Virus record (IMG/VR): IMGVR_UViG_3300032270_001615
Location: 1-64,000 of that record
Length of the DNA stretch: 64,000 nt
Strand: one strand, 5' to 3'
From: a virus
Taxonomy: Duplodnaviria; Caudoviricetes
This document shows positions 9,451 through 19,111 of the stretch, piece by piece. Numbering within the stretch: the stretch's first letter is position 1; each line of letters opens with the position of its first letter. The notes beneath the pieces were generated by a model. That model was not told the origin of the DNA. It saw only the letters and a list, made by a program, of their open reading frames with translations, and did not search any database. The translations under genes were made by a program, and so were the position numbers.

Positions 9451-9471
9451 AAAGTTACACGAAAGTTACAT
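9451..9471 (+). repeat. tandem AAAGTTACA(C/T) x2, 11-bp period
   Basis: aaagttacac g aaagttacat; the reverse complement recurs x3 at 24764-24803. Confidence 0.7.
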
Positions 9472-9630
9472 ACCCACTGGTAACCTTTATCTTGTTCGGA
9501 GATGGTTTCCTTTCCCCTATCTCCGGATGCAATACAGCCCTTGGGTTGAGCTTCGCAAATTTGGGTTAAGTAGGTGGCCCTGGTTTTAACTAGCTCCCCA
9601 AGGGCCTTTTTTATTCTCTTCCACCACCGT

Positions 9631-10161
9631 CTATGCTTCTAATGTAAGAAGGAAAGTTCCTTCTTCAAGCATCATTCCAATACAGCAGTATCCAATCACA
9701 TCAAGGAGGTTGTCCTTGATTGATTCGTTCTCTGGAGATTTATCTGAGTTGATTAAGTTCTCTAGTCGCGCAACTTTGTCATGCACTCTCACGAGTAGAC
9801 CTTGAAAGCCAAAGCGCGCAATATTCTCATGACCATAGTCGTGCTGCTTGCGACACAGTAGATCAGCCATCGCGCCGGCCTCGAGCTCCGGTGCAGCCCC
9901 GTTTACCATCCCCAGATGCTGAGCGTATGCAACAGCTTTTGATCCGAGTGCGTGCCAGTACTCTCTACGTAGTGAGCTCTGCTCCATCTGGTCGCGCACT
10001 AGTAGTACATCATCTGACTTGCCCCAGAACATCATGATCATCGAGTCAATGACGCCCCGCATCGCGCTGAGTGAGTAGTTTGATTTGTGTGGTGTCGTAA
10101 ATATTCGACTCGTCTTGTCACGTGCAGATTGGTTCCAGCTGACAAATGTAGGTGCGCTCAT
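9631..10161 (-). CDS. nucleotide modification-associated domain 1 (Nmad1/DUF1599) protein
   Basis: RKQHDYG...VRVHDKVARLENL...ESIKDNLLDVIGY. Confidence 0.8.
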   Translation of the reverse strand: MSAPTFVSWNQSARDKTSRIFTTPHKSNYSLSAMRGVIDSMIMMFWGKSDDVLLVRDQMEQSSLRREYWHALGSKAVAYAQHLGMVNGAAPELEAGAMADLLCRKQHDYGHENIARFGFQGLLVRVHDKVARLENLINSDKSPENESIKDNLLDVIGYCCIGMMLEEGTFLLTLEA

Positions 10162-10173
10162 TTTCTTCCTTTG

Positions 10174-10563
10174 TTATCCGAGATTGAAGTCTCTGTTTGG
10201 TGGGTTGTCTTCGTATTCTTCGCCTGCTTGTTCTGAAGCTAGCTGCATGAACATTTCCCATGCCATTTCTTGGCCGGCTTCTGATTCTATTAATGCGATC
10301 TTCTCTGCCATGTCTTGAATAAATTCTTTCGAGAATGCAGCCAGAACAGTGTTGTCTTCAGCCCCGGGAAATATTACTGGGCCGGCTTCGTTATCGATCG
10401 ATGATGCGGGGACAACTATGCCCTTGATGACGACGCCCTCTTCGCTTTTAGCTACAAACAAAACCGATGGATCATCTGCGACCATGCGCATGTGTTCTTC
10501 GGATTCACCAGGGTAATCCTCGTCGAAGTCTTTACGTATGACCATTCGTTTACCTTTGCTCAT
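10174..10563 (-). CDS. acidic hypothetical protein
   Basis: 129-aa ORF. Confidence 0.55.
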   Translation of the reverse strand: MSKGKRMVIRKDFDEDYPGESEEHMRMVADDPSVLFVAKSEEGVVIKGIVVPASSIDNEAGPVIFPGAEDNTVLAAFSKEFIQDMAEKIALIESEAGQEMAWEMFMQLASEQAGEEYEDNPPNRDFNLG

Positions 10564-10680
10564 TGCTTTCCACCACCGTAGCAGCTTTTAATATGGGTCA
10601 AGAGTTCTATTAAATATAATTTAAAAAATCTTGTCTGATTTTCACACTTCGAGATAACTGTTTGCACTATTGTACTTTCT

Positions 10681-11049
10681 ATGGACAACAACACCAGATT
10701 CGAACTTTATAAAAAAGCACTTATTCAATTCTCTTCGAGAGAGCTGCATAGCAATGTGCCGGCTGCTCATGTTGAAGTTGTTGATGGACGAGAGGTAACC
10801 CTTGGAGCCTGGGTTGGCTACATGAGACAGCGCCGCAAGAAGGGACTTCTTCCGGAGCCCCGAATTTCTGAGCTCGAGGGAATTTCTGGTTGGCAGTGGG
10901 GACCACTCAAGCCAGGACCAGCGACGAACGTTAAGCGCAACTCGTTGATACTGGACCTTCGATCGAGCGGCCAGTCGCTTCGTCAGATTGCTGATCAGTT
11001 TGAGCTGAGCCGGCAGCGCGTGCACCAGATTGTGGGCAAGAATGCGTAG
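10681..11049 (+). CDS. helicase-associated (HA) domain plus C-terminal HTH protein
   Basis: LGAWVGYMRQRRKKGLLPEPRISELEGISGWQW (HA) and SLRQIADQFELSRQRVHQI (sigma r4-like HTH). Confidence 0.75.
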   Translation: MDNNTRFELYKKALIQFSSRELHSNVPAAHVEVVDGREVTLGAWVGYMRQRRKKGLLPEPRISELEGISGWQWGPLKPGPATNVKRNSLILDLRSSGQSLRQIADQFELSRQRVHQIVGKNA

Positions 11050-11305
11050 ACCAAAAACTAGCTGGCCACCACCCGACATGGAGATGGATCTAGATGATGA
11101 CTTTGAAGCCGGCACAGGAACTGCTCTAACAGGGTTCTTGTCGTGGGCCATCAGTAATTGCCTGTATACGGCGGTCGCGTTCTTCACTCTGCGAATACTT
11201 CGAGACGCAAACGTTGTTGACTTCAGCTTCACGTGGCAGCAGGTTGGCATCATTGTCACCGCTGTGCAATTCGCGCGCATCTGGGACCGAGTATTAATGC
11301 GATAA
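11042..11305 (+). CDS. small membrane protein
   Basis: Two hydrophobic segments. Confidence 0.45.
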   Translation: MRRPKTSWPPPDMEMDLDDDFEAGTGTALTGFLSWAISNCLYTAVAFFTLRILRDANVVDFSFTWQQVGIIVTAVQFARIWDRVLMR

Positions 11306-11316
11306 GTATGGATCCA

Positions 11317-11404
11317 TCCTCCGGCCAGAAAGGAATAAAAAACCGGAGGACGGCATCCATCACCAGGCAACCACTCCTGGTGCCGGCTTAGGCCGGACTT
11401 TTTC
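11317..11404. terminator. triple hairpin between convergent genes
   Basis: tcctccgg/ccggagga, caccagg/cctggtg and ccggc/gccgg, followed by ttttt. Confidence 0.5.
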
Positions 11405-11429
11405 AGACTACTACTATCCACAATAGTAG

Positions 11430-11936
11430 TCATGAAGCTTTGTCTATTTCTTTGTCTGACTTTGGGTCTCGAACTTCCCACAGGCCCTTCTTGATCTTTC
11501 GAAACACTGGTGACTCCTGGAGATACTTGAGAGTCGTTGGATATGAGAACCCGCATTCCTCGGCGAGCTGCTCTGTAGTGAACTGTTCAAACAGGTGCCC
11601 TTTCGACCACCGTAAGAATGCATCCCACTTATCAGCGCGCTTCTCGGTCTTCGTTTCCTCGAGGATGTCTTCAGCATTTAATTCGACACCGCAATAGATC
11701 TTGACCACTTCAGCAATGACGTCGTCAGGGAGGTTGTAGTGAACCAGGTAGCTGACGGCGGAACCTTTGCCGTCCCACTTCTGCAGACAATAAAGTGCAC
11801 GTATGTACGAACTGTTTCTACTGTGCACTTCCGTCGGTACTTTAAATTTTGTTCCATATTTTTGTTCTGCAATTGCCCACCACTGTCGATTGACATCTTC
11901 GATGTGAGCATCTGTGATGCGTGTTAGTAAAGCCAC
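11430..11936 (-). CDS. hypothetical protein with C-terminal HTH-like segment
   Basis: FTTEQLAEECGFSYPTTLKYL. Confidence 0.55.
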   Translation of the reverse strand: MALLTRITDAHIEDVNRQWWAIAEQKYGTKFKVPTEVHSRNSSYIRALYCLQKWDGKGSAVSYLVHYNLPDDVIAEVVKIYCGVELNAEDILEETKTEKRADKWDAFLRWSKGHLFEQFTTEQLAEECGFSYPTTLKYLQESPVFRKIKKGLWEVRDPKSDKEIDKAS

Positions 11937-12188
11937 GCCATCTCCTTATCTGTTATAGGCCTTAGGTAAGCCATGGTTGTTGGTTGTAAAGCTATCGGAT
12001 ATGAAGCCTGGTTACAACGCGTTCCGATAAATTTATCTGAAGCTCTGGCCCGGCCGGCGATGCAGCCCCGAGTGATGACTCGAGATGTTACCGGATCCGA
12101 TAACACGACTAACATCTTGATGCTTTCCGCCACCGTCGTAACTTGAGACAATATTTTTTTCTGCCGGCAGCGATGCAGCCCCGGATCA

Positions 12189-12464
12189 TTACTGACCCAG
12201 AGAGTTCTGTCCGTCATCCTCGGCGTCTTGAATGGCACCGTTGATGAGGACCCACATCTTTTGATTCATATGGTCGTAGCCCTCTTCACGGTCGTACTCG
12301 GCGACGGCGTAAGCCCATGACTCATTAGAAATCGGCTCGCCCTCTGCATCTTCGAAGAGCTCCCTACCCCACCAAGAGATGCATATCTCATCATCTTGGT
12401 TGTAGGTGGAGAGCATCTCGATTGCATCTTTGATTTTCATGCCATCACCCGTGGGAACACCCAC
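12189..12464 (-). CDS. acidic hypothetical protein
   Basis: Translationally coupled in the minus-strand operon. Confidence 0.55.
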   Translation of the reverse strand: MGVPTGDGMKIKDAIEMLSTYNQDDEICISWWGRELFEDAEGEPISNESWAYAVAEYDREEGYDHMNQKMWVLINGAIQDAEDDGQNSLGQ

Positions 12465-12853
12465 TCTCGTGTGCCGAGTAGTTCGCCACTCATGTCATAG
12501 GTCTCGAGGCAATCATCCTTGAGGATGTAGAGATATTCCGCCCATGCGAACTCTGAATCCTTATCGGTGAACATTCCCTCGTCGGACTCCATATCTAGAT
12601 GCGCAATGCCGTAACCCTCTACGAGTTTGAAGCGTCCATCTGAATCATGAGGTCCAAGTTCTTTCTTGTCTGGATCTATACAAGACCACGACAGATGATC
12701 ATGGATGATAGTACGGCGAACTTTGTCAACGCCGTCCCTAACTACTAGTAGGAAGAGTTCATTTTCTTTTGCCTCGGGGTAGCCGTCCCAATGGCAGTAA
12801 CGCCCTTGCCATCCTGTTGCTGTTGGCTCTGCAATGATTGATCTTGTTGCCAT
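12437..12853 (-). CDS. conserved phage hypothetical protein (YCHWDGYP motif)
   Basis: MATRS.I...YCHWDGYP. Confidence 0.65.
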   Translation of the reverse strand: MATRSIIAEPTATGWQGRYCHWDGYPEAKENELFLLVVRDGVDKVRRTIIHDHLSWSCIDPDKKELGPHDSDGRFKLVEGYGIAHLDMESDEGMFTDKDSEFAWAEYLYILKDDCLETYDMSGELLGTREWVFPRVMA

Positions 12854-13035
12854 TATGCGTCTACCTCTTCGTATTGGTCAATGCCCTCAATGAGGGAGAG
12901 TGATGAGCCGCTGTCCCATTTCACCGAAACGACTGTGTCGCCCCATGGGTCTTGGCTCTTTGATAGAACTGTTCCCATGTCACCTGTCTTTAATTTGGTG
13001 TATTGGTCAGATGTGTAAATCAAACGGATACGCAT
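12853..13035 (-). CDS. DUF4314-like protein
   Basis: GDMGTV...V.VKWDSGSSLSLIEGID. Confidence 0.7.
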   Translation of the reverse strand: MRIRLIYTSDQYTKLKTGDMGTVLSKSQDPWGDTVVSVKWDSGSSLSLIEGIDQYEEVDA

Positions 13036-13268
13036 TAGATCCCCTTGAATACTTCTGCAGGGGTTACATCAAGAGCCGTTGTAAGGCGCAAGAGTGTTTC
13101 AATGTTTGGCGAGAAGTGACCGTTTTCAATTCGGTTCACAGTCTTGCGATCTACTCCAGCGTAGTCACTAAGTGCTTGCTGGGACAATCCAGCCTCAACA
13201 CGGTAGTCCTTTAAACGCTTTGAGATGATGTTGGTTTTTGCTTTGACTGACATTAGTAATTGCTCCAA
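13035..13268 (-). CDS. XRE/Cro-C1 family HTH regulator
   Basis: LKDYRVEAGLSQQALSDYAGVDRKTVNRIENG..SPNIETL. Confidence 0.9.
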   Translation of the reverse strand: MEQLLMSVKAKTNIISKRLKDYRVEAGLSQQALSDYAGVDRKTVNRIENGHFSPNIETLLRLTTALDVTPAEVFKGI

Positions 13269-13522
13269 TCGTAGTTGTCGTTTGTTTCTTGAACTTGCTT
13301 ACTTGCTTTGCCAATAATTTCTAAGTTGTAATTATTGACGATAACCCCACAGCGGAGACAAACAAAGTTGTTCCCGTTCCAGTCACCATTTTCAATTGGC
13401 GAGACAATAGCCCCATCGGACTTGCAAGAGTAGAACCCGTCATAGTCAGGCTGATTACCGCAATCGCAAACCCACCAATCTTCATGTGGTGCATTCATGA
13501 ACTTTTTTTCTGTCGTAGTCAT
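13253..13522 (-). CDS. Zn-ribbon hypothetical protein (leaderless start)
   Basis: CDCGN...CLRCG; ATG 7 nt after TAACCT. Confidence 0.6.
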   Translation of the reverse strand: MTTTEKKFMNAPHEDWWVCDCGNQPDYDGFYSCKSDGAIVSPIENGDWNGNNFVCLRCGVIVNNYNLEIIGKASKQVQETNDNYDWSNY

Positions 13523-13582
13523 GGTACTAAGGTTATCGGTTATAACATCCACTCACAACCTCTTCCGCCACCGTAGTGGCTT

Positions 13583-13906
13583 TTATATTAGGTCCCACTC
13601 TTGGTTCTCGGGGAAATCTGACGCGTGACCGAAAGCTGACATGACCAACCAGCAGCATCGCAGGATTTGTCCGTCATTCCAGTCTTCGGCGTCAAGTCCG
13701 TAGACGATTGCTCGAATCGCTAGGAGCGCAGGGTCATTTGAACCCAGCATCACATCTGCAATCTTGGTCCAGTCGTCGAGCCCCGTCATCAGGTCATCGA
13801 GTTGCTGTCCATTGAGACCTTCGTCCCTGTCGTACCTGTCATCCAAGTTCATCAGCACCCTGTCAATGTGCTGGAGAACTTGGGCTGGGGTTATTGTGTC
13901 GCTCAC
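13583..13906 (-). CDS. hypothetical protein
   Basis: GTGA overlap with the upstream gene. Confidence 0.5.
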   Translation of the reverse strand: MSDTITPAQVLQHIDRVLMNLDDRYDRDEGLNGQQLDDLMTGLDDWTKIADVMLGSNDPALLAIRAIVYGLDAEDWNDGQILRCCWLVMSAFGHASDFPENQEWDLI

Positions 13907-14580
13907 GAGGTCTTCACCTTCTCTAGATGTTCTGCTAGTGCCTTGTCGGCAGCCTCTTCCAAATCCCACAAGACTTGATTGTGGAATTCTGATTGCTCGT
14001 CCCATACAGCGTCATCGCCGTCCTCTTCCATCTTGTCCCACTTCGCCTGAAGTTCTTCAGATGGGTCGGGTGGTGTGTCGCCTTCAGCAACTGTCTTGCC
14101 GTCATGGAATACGAACCAGCAAGCAAAGAAGTTGGCTTCCTCGGTGTTATGCATTCCGAACATGAGTTCAGGGAACAATCCCGAGACCTTCTCCATTAGT
14201 CCATTGGCTGGGGACCACGCTGATTCGAAATAGAAATGCAACGAGCCATTCTTTTCATCAAGGTTTTCCTCGTCCATCTCCATGTGGCATGCGCCCCATT
14301 TGGTTCCCCAGTTTTCGTGAGCCCAGTCGTACCAATCTCTAGCACCGAACTTTTCCGTGTTGTCTTTCATCTGTTGCTCATGTTCAGGGCTCTGCGGAAG
14401 ACCAAACGACGCTGTCGTTTCATGGAGTTCGGTTGGAATTGGGTAGAGGTGGTTCAGACCGAATGTCTGATAGTCATTACCCTCTTTGTTCTTTTCGGTT
14501 ATCTTCATTGCCTCTACGAGGCGACGAAGTTCCTTAGGGTCACCTTTGACAGTGACATAGTTGTAACACCAGTTAGGCAT
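13903..14580 (-). CDS. DUF1281/YubB ferredoxin-like domain protein
   Basis: MPNWCYN...WYDWAHENWGTKW...FESAWSP. Confidence 0.8.
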   Translation of the reverse strand: MPNWCYNYVTVKGDPKELRRLVEAMKITEKNKEGNDYQTFGLNHLYPIPTELHETTASFGLPQSPEHEQQMKDNTEKFGARDWYDWAHENWGTKWGACHMEMDEENLDEKNGSLHFYFESAWSPANGLMEKVSGLFPELMFGMHNTEEANFFACWFVFHDGKTVAEGDTPPDPSEELQAKWDKMEEDGDDAVWDEQSEFHNQVLWDLEEAADKALAEHLEKVKTS

Positions 14581-14618
14581 AGTAGGTCCTTTGGTTAGTG
14601 GTTGATATTGACTACAGG

Positions 14619-14996
14619 TTATCGGTTATAACCGTCAACACCAACACGGTCTCGGAATTTTTTCTCGAGTGAACTGAACCAACTCGATTGGACAATGTCC
14701 ATGGCTCGATCGACGGTCATCTCTTGGGTAGCCCCGACTTCGCCTGGATCGTCGTTGATCAAAACGTTTTTGCGTTCAAACCATTTTGATCCAGTTCCTT
14801 TGGTCGGCTCTACTAAGAGGTCAAGGTGACCATAGCGAACGCGTGCATCTGAAACTGTTCCTTCTACTTTCATCTCCATGTCTGGGATTGAGAAGAGGAC
14901 TTTCCGCCCGATGTACGCCCCGAGATTGATCTTGCCATCTTCATTGCGTGCGTATGTGAACTTTGATTCTGCTTTGTCTGTTGAGACGATATTCAT
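14619..14996 (-). CDS. hypothetical protein
   Basis: AAGGAG RBS upstream. Confidence 0.55.
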   Translation of the reverse strand: MNIVSTDKAESKFTYARNEDGKINLGAYIGRKVLFSIPDMEMKVEGTVSDARVRYGHLDLLVEPTKGTGSKWFERKNVLINDDPGEVGATQEMTVDRAMDIVQSSWFSSLEKKFRDRVGVDGYNR

Positions 14997-15082
14997 GATT
15001 GCTCCTTTAAATTTGAATGTGATTAATACTTGTAGGCGTCAGGATAGGACCTTTCCGCCACCGTTACAACTTCGCTATTGGA

Positions 15083-15577
15083 TTAATACCACGCATCCAT
15101 TCCCACCCCAAATTTTGCGCACCAGCGCAGATACCAAATGGCATGACGCACATCGTCCGTGAGGTCTTCACCATTTTGGACGATCGCACCCTTTTCATAC
15201 CAAGCCTCTTCCATTACTTCAGCGAGCTGCATGCATTCTGCAGGCGTCTTATGGGTGGCGTCTGAATTCTCTCCATAGAAATTGAATTCATCGTCATTTA
15301 AACCCAGCAACTCAATTAGGTGATTGCCGTACTTGCCTCTGTACCAACAGTCAGTGCCAAACATTCCATGCACTTCCCCGCTGTCCATGCCGTCCTGTTT
15401 ACGTGCATTCTTGTACGGGCATCCGCCGGCAGCTTGGGTGGCCCCGCAATCCACTCTCGTCGAGACCGATCCGTCTTCTTCGAGGTAGGCCTTGCCTTCC
15501 TTGTCTAGGATCGGAGTAAGCACCGCTGTGTTGCCTGTACGGCACGGGTACGCTGTTGGCATGTTGTCGAGTCCCAT
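15083..15577 (-). CDS. conserved phage hypothetical protein (MGLD start, CWYRGK motif)
   Basis: 164-aa ORF. Confidence 0.6.
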   Translation of the reverse strand: MGLDNMPTAYPCRTGNTAVLTPILDKEGKAYLEEDGSVSTRVDCGATQAAGGCPYKNARKQDGMDSGEVHGMFGTDCWYRGKYGNHLIELLGLNDDEFNFYGENSDATHKTPAECMQLAEVMEEAWYEKGAIVQNGEDLTDDVRHAIWYLRWCAKFGVGMDAWY

Positions 15578-15580
15578 TGG

Positions 15581-15808
15581 TCAGCTCCCCTTTCGCATTT
15601 CAAACAATGATGAACTTACGGCGTTAGTCCACTGCGCAAACAGGGCTTCTTGAATGTTGAATAAATCGTCAAAGATTCTGTTTAATTCTGTGAGTAGCAG
15701 AACGTTGTCCTTGTCGTTGATTTGCTTGATTTCAATTGCCATTGCATCAAGAATATTCCCGACTGCAGTGACTGCTTCTAATGATGGGTTGGTTGTGTAG
15801 TTAGTCAT
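15581..15808 (-). CDS. hypothetical protein (leaderless start)
   Basis: ATG 6 nt after TAGATT. Confidence 0.6.
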   Translation of the reverse strand: MTNYTTNPSLEAVTAVGNILDAMAIEIKQINDKDNVLLLTELNRIFDDLFNIQEALFAQWTNAVSSSLFEMRKGS

Positions 15809-15837
15809 GATTTGAATCTATCGGTTATAAGTCGCAA

Positions 15838-16050
15838 TCACAACCCGTCAACTTCAAACCAATTCATTACTGTTACGAGCAGGTGTTGATAGTCGCCAGC
15901 AGTTGCTTCTTTCATGAACGCATCAATCTCTTCTTGGGGCAAACCAGCGCGCCGTGCTTGACGCTTGCATCGTGCAAGTATGGCAAATGCATTGCCATCC
16001 TCTCCAACTAAATCTACGGATATTTCAGGATGTTTAATTGTGGTTGTCAT
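15838..16050 (-). CDS. conserved small protein with DGNAF motif
   Basis: LVGEDGNAFAIL...EATAGDYQHLL; leaderless start. Confidence 0.7.
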   Translation of the reverse strand: MTTTIKHPEISVDLVGEDGNAFAILARCKRQARRAGLPQEEIDAFMKEATAGDYQHLLVTVMNWFEVDGL

Positions 16051-16184
16051 GACGTAAACGTTATCGCTTATAAATAGCAACGACAACCTGTTTGCTGAAG
16101 AGCCGGCCAGGCGTCGAGTGGAGCCCCGTGGTATTCCTTTCCGCCACCGTTGTTCTTTGTATATGGATCGTGTAAGCTACCGGT

Positions 16185-16397
16185 ATGTCGGGACGTAATT
16201 ACAACCTCTACTCGTGTGAACTGTGTACTGGGCAAATAGACATCAAATCCGCAAACTGCTTGCGTTTGGTGACTTGCTGGGTGAAAGGAACGTCCCGCTC
16301 TATGGCTGAGCAGGTGACAGACCACTATCGCTATGTCCACGATTTCTGCCTAGCAGGACAGAAGGACAAGTCACTAGGACAAGACAGCCTATTCTGA
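16185..16397 (+). CDS. small Cys/His-rich hypothetical protein
   Basis: CELC...HDFC; TAAGCT 6 nt upstream of the ATG. Confidence 0.5.
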   Translation: MSGRNYNLYSCELCTGQIDIKSANCLRLVTCWVKGTSRSMAEQVTDHYRYVHDFCLAGQKDKSLGQDSLF

Positions 16398-16565
16398 TCG
16401 CTGGGCTGCCAGATGCAGTCCCTGAGGTTGATTTTCTGGCACTTCGCTTCGCTTGTTACCGCCGAGTAACACACGCAAATAAATCTTTCTAGCGAGGTTG
16501 TGATTATCGCCTATAACCGATAAATTGAGTGTTACCTACTACGACACCTAAGGGGGTGAAAAAAT

Positions 16566-16961
16566 ATGTCCAAGCAACTTTCTGCCGTTGCTCGTCAGTA
16601 CATCAGCGCACTAGAGGCGCAAGCGTCTGCCGAGCGAGCCGTCGCTGTTGCGAAGGAACTGCTTACCGAAGCGTACGCCGAAGCAGGCGTGAACTCTGTG
16701 GAAGCAGAAGGCAAGAGCGTAATGCTCATTGAGGCTGTCCGTCGTAACTTTGACGCTCAGGCGTTGGAAGCACTTGTCAGCGCAAAAACGTTCCGTGAAG
16801 TCACCAAGACTGCGGTAGAGCCAAAAGCGTTTGACAAGGCTCGCAAGTCAGGCGAAATTGACGAGAGTGTGGAAACGGCTGTTGTAAAGCCAAGCCCATA
16901 CACTCGCATTGTCGTCAAAGACCTTGCGGTCAGCGCAACCGAAACCGCCGAAGCGGTCTAG
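16566..16961 (+). CDS. hypothetical protein
   Basis: 131 aa with its own promoter and terminator. Confidence 0.65.
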   Translation: MSKQLSAVARQYISALEAQASAERAVAVAKELLTEAYAEAGVNSVEAEGKSVMLIEAVRRNFDAQALEALVSAKTFREVTKTAVEPKAFDKARKSGEIDESVETAVVKPSPYTRIVVKDLAVSATETAEAV

Positions 16962-16972
16962 TCCTATCCGTT

Positions 16973-17008
16973 GGGGGTGGGGGAGAAATCCCTCACCCTC
17001 TTTTTTTT
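16973..17008 (+). terminator. intrinsic terminator
   Basis: gggggtgggggagaaatccctcaccctc followed by T8. Confidence 0.7.
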
Positions 17009-17234
17009 GCCCATCATCTGGCAGCGCGGTAGCCCAGGGTTTCGCGTTGGCTGTTCTGAACGTAGAAACCACAGGCGGGACTCACGGCACGCACAAAGCG
17101 CACCTGAGGCACGGGGGCAGGGGCAGGGGCAGAAAGTTCCCAAGAAAGTTTGCCCGTCAGGTTGTTGTTATGGGGTATAACCGATAAAGTTGATAGTGCC
17201 ATAAACCAACCACAAGAAAGAGGGGTAATACCTA

Positions 17235-17669
17235 ATGGCAAGACAGCAAAGCATAAATGTCAAAGTCGCCACCAAAAAGGTGATAGAGGCATTGGAGAAG
17301 TCGCTCATTGAGCGCAAGAAGCAATACGCCGAGTACGAGAAATTGGAAAAGGCATATCAGACAGCCAAAGAGGGTGCAACCAAAAAGGTCGCTACTCTCG
17401 TCAAGCAAGGCAAAGTCACCATTGAGGACATCACCGAAAGTGGTCACTACCATTGGAAGCGCACAAGTGATGATGAAGTCACTTTCAGCATTGACATCAA
17501 GGTTGCCAAAAAGGTTCTAGGTATCCCTGAAAACCCAACCAACCCGTTCCCGTACCACTCGTACAAAGAGGACAACCAAGCCATTGAGAACGCTATCCGT
17601 ATTCTCAAAATGACTGATGAGGAGTATGTCTCCACAAGCACCTACTCGGCAGTCTCCAAGTTCATCTGA
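17235..17669 (+). CDS. hypothetical coiled-coil protein
   Basis: 144 aa, own promoter, GAGGGG RBS. Confidence 0.65.
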   Translation: MARQQSINVKVATKKVIEALEKSLIERKKQYAEYEKLEKAYQTAKEGATKKVATLVKQGKVTIEDITESGHYHWKRTSDDEVTFSIDIKVAKKVLGIPENPTNPFPYHSYKEDNQAIENAIRILKMTDEEYVSTSTYSAVSKFI

Positions 17670-17816
17670 TACCCAAACAGGTGACGGCAAAGGGGGTGGG
17701 CAACCACCCCCGAAGCCACCCGTCCCGGGTTTCAGTTAGAAGATTTCGGGGTGTCAGGTTGTGATTAGAAGTTATAACCGATAAAGTGAAAACACCAACT
17801 ACTCAAGGAGATTTAT

Positions 17817-18335
17817 ATGGGAATGGATGTAATGGGAATGAATGCCACTTCAGAAAAGGGCGAGTACTTCCGTAACAATGTTTGGTGGTGGCGACCCCTG
17901 TGGGATTACTGCCTCAACGAACACGGCGACATTGCTGGTCAGGTGGAACACGGTCACTCAAACGACGGTGACGGTCTTGACGGCGAGAACAGTCGCATAC
18001 TCGGACTTCGCTTACTGGAAGATGTGAAAACGGGACGTGCTGCTGAGTACAAGCAGACCTACGACAAGGCGTTGTCTGAACTGCCACGAGTGTCGTGCGA
18101 CCTGTGCAACTCAACTGGTATCCGTACGGACAAAATTGGCTTGGAAATGAAAATGCCTGAAAAGGCGTTAGATGAAGCGAGCGCAATTATTCTCGGTCGC
18201 ACACACGGGTTCTGCAATGCGTGTCACGGCTACGGAACGCAGGCTCACTTCGGAACTAGTTATCCGTTTGATGTGGACAATGTTCAGGAGTTCGCAGAGT
18301 TCCTCGTTGACTGTGGTGGATTTCAGATTTGCTGA
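17817..18335 (+). CDS. conserved phage protein with DnaJ-type CxxCxGxG zinc finger
   Basis: YFRNNVWWWRPLW; CDLCNSTG and CNACHGYG. Confidence 0.7.
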   Translation: MGMDVMGMNATSEKGEYFRNNVWWWRPLWDYCLNEHGDIAGQVEHGHSNDGDGLDGENSRILGLRLLEDVKTGRAAEYKQTYDKALSELPRVSCDLCNSTGIRTDKIGLEMKMPEKALDEASAIILGRTHGFCNACHGYGTQAHFGTSYPFDVDNVQEFAEFLVDCGGFQIC

Positions 18336-18372
18336 GGTTGTGTTTGTCACCTATAACCGATAAAGTGAACCT

Positions 18373-18585
18373 ATGACACCTGCTGACTTCACAAAAGAAG
18401 CACTAGACGAACTCATTGGTGAGAACTACGAGGTCGGCACAAAAGGCGGTGACACCTATGACGGTGAAATATCTGATGTGACCGACACGGTTCTCACAAT
18501 GCTGTGGTTCAACCTAGTCAAAGACCAAGTTCGTGAACTTGACATACCTATCGCAGACATAAGTTGGATAAAGGAGAGCCTGTGA
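18373..18585 (+). CDS. small acidic protein (leaderless start)
   Basis: ATG 6 nt after TAAAGT. Confidence 0.6.
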   Translation: MTPADFTKEALDELIGENYEVGTKGGDTYDGEISDVTDTVLTMLWFNLVKDQVRELDIPIADISWIKESL

Positions 18586-18905
18586 GTAACGCAGTAGATG
18601 AGGCACTAGAACTTGGCGTAATCGCTCGCAAACTATTTATGGCTTTGCGTTATCAAGAGTGTCTTTGCGTTGAGACAGACGAATACACCGAGTGGCAACG
18701 CACGAGAGAGTGGTTTCTCAACACCAATTTCCCTGACGCTAACGCAGAGGAGATTTCAGCACACCGACTGATGTACATACTCTTTACCAACCCTTACGAG
18801 GGAGAGCAGGTATCTGAAACTTGCCAACGCTGTTCAGCAATGGAAGCCTACGAGAACTTCATTGGGCAAGACCACCTCAACCTGTACCTAGAAGGCAGGG
18901 AGTGA
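18582..18905 (+). CDS. hypothetical protein
   Basis: GTGA overlap and AAGGAG RBS. Confidence 0.55.
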   Translation: MSNAVDEALELGVIARKLFMALRYQECLCVETDEYTEWQRTREWFLNTNFPDANAEEISAHRLMYILFTNPYEGEQVSETCQRCSAMEAYENFIGQDHLNLYLEGRE

Positions 18906-19111
18906 TGTCTGAGCCGGCCCCGTCGATCGGGTAGGCTCTTCCGCCACCGTAAGTACTAGAACATAGGTGACAAGCAAGCTGGTTTGCTGGGCTTTAAGCA
19001 CGCATCAAAAACCGAAAAACAGAACTTGACATAACTCCACTCAACTTTGTTGCGTTGATATATTACGGGTGGCAGGTTGTGTTTGCGAGTTATAACCGAT
19101 AAAGTGAACTC

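Larger units (their letters stand above)
11992..16088 (-). promoter_or_regulatory. five leftward copies of the GGTTGT-N10-TATAACCGATA promoter motif
   Basis: Sites at 11992-12019, 13533-13560, 14619-14646 (degenerate -35), 15818-15845 and 16061-16088; TANNNT lies 6-7 nt before the ATG at 13522, 15808 and 16050. Confidence 0.8.

Noticed and set aside
10642-11556. 304-aa minus-strand ORF
   Set aside because: It overlaps two better-supported plus-strand genes and has no recognisable motifs.
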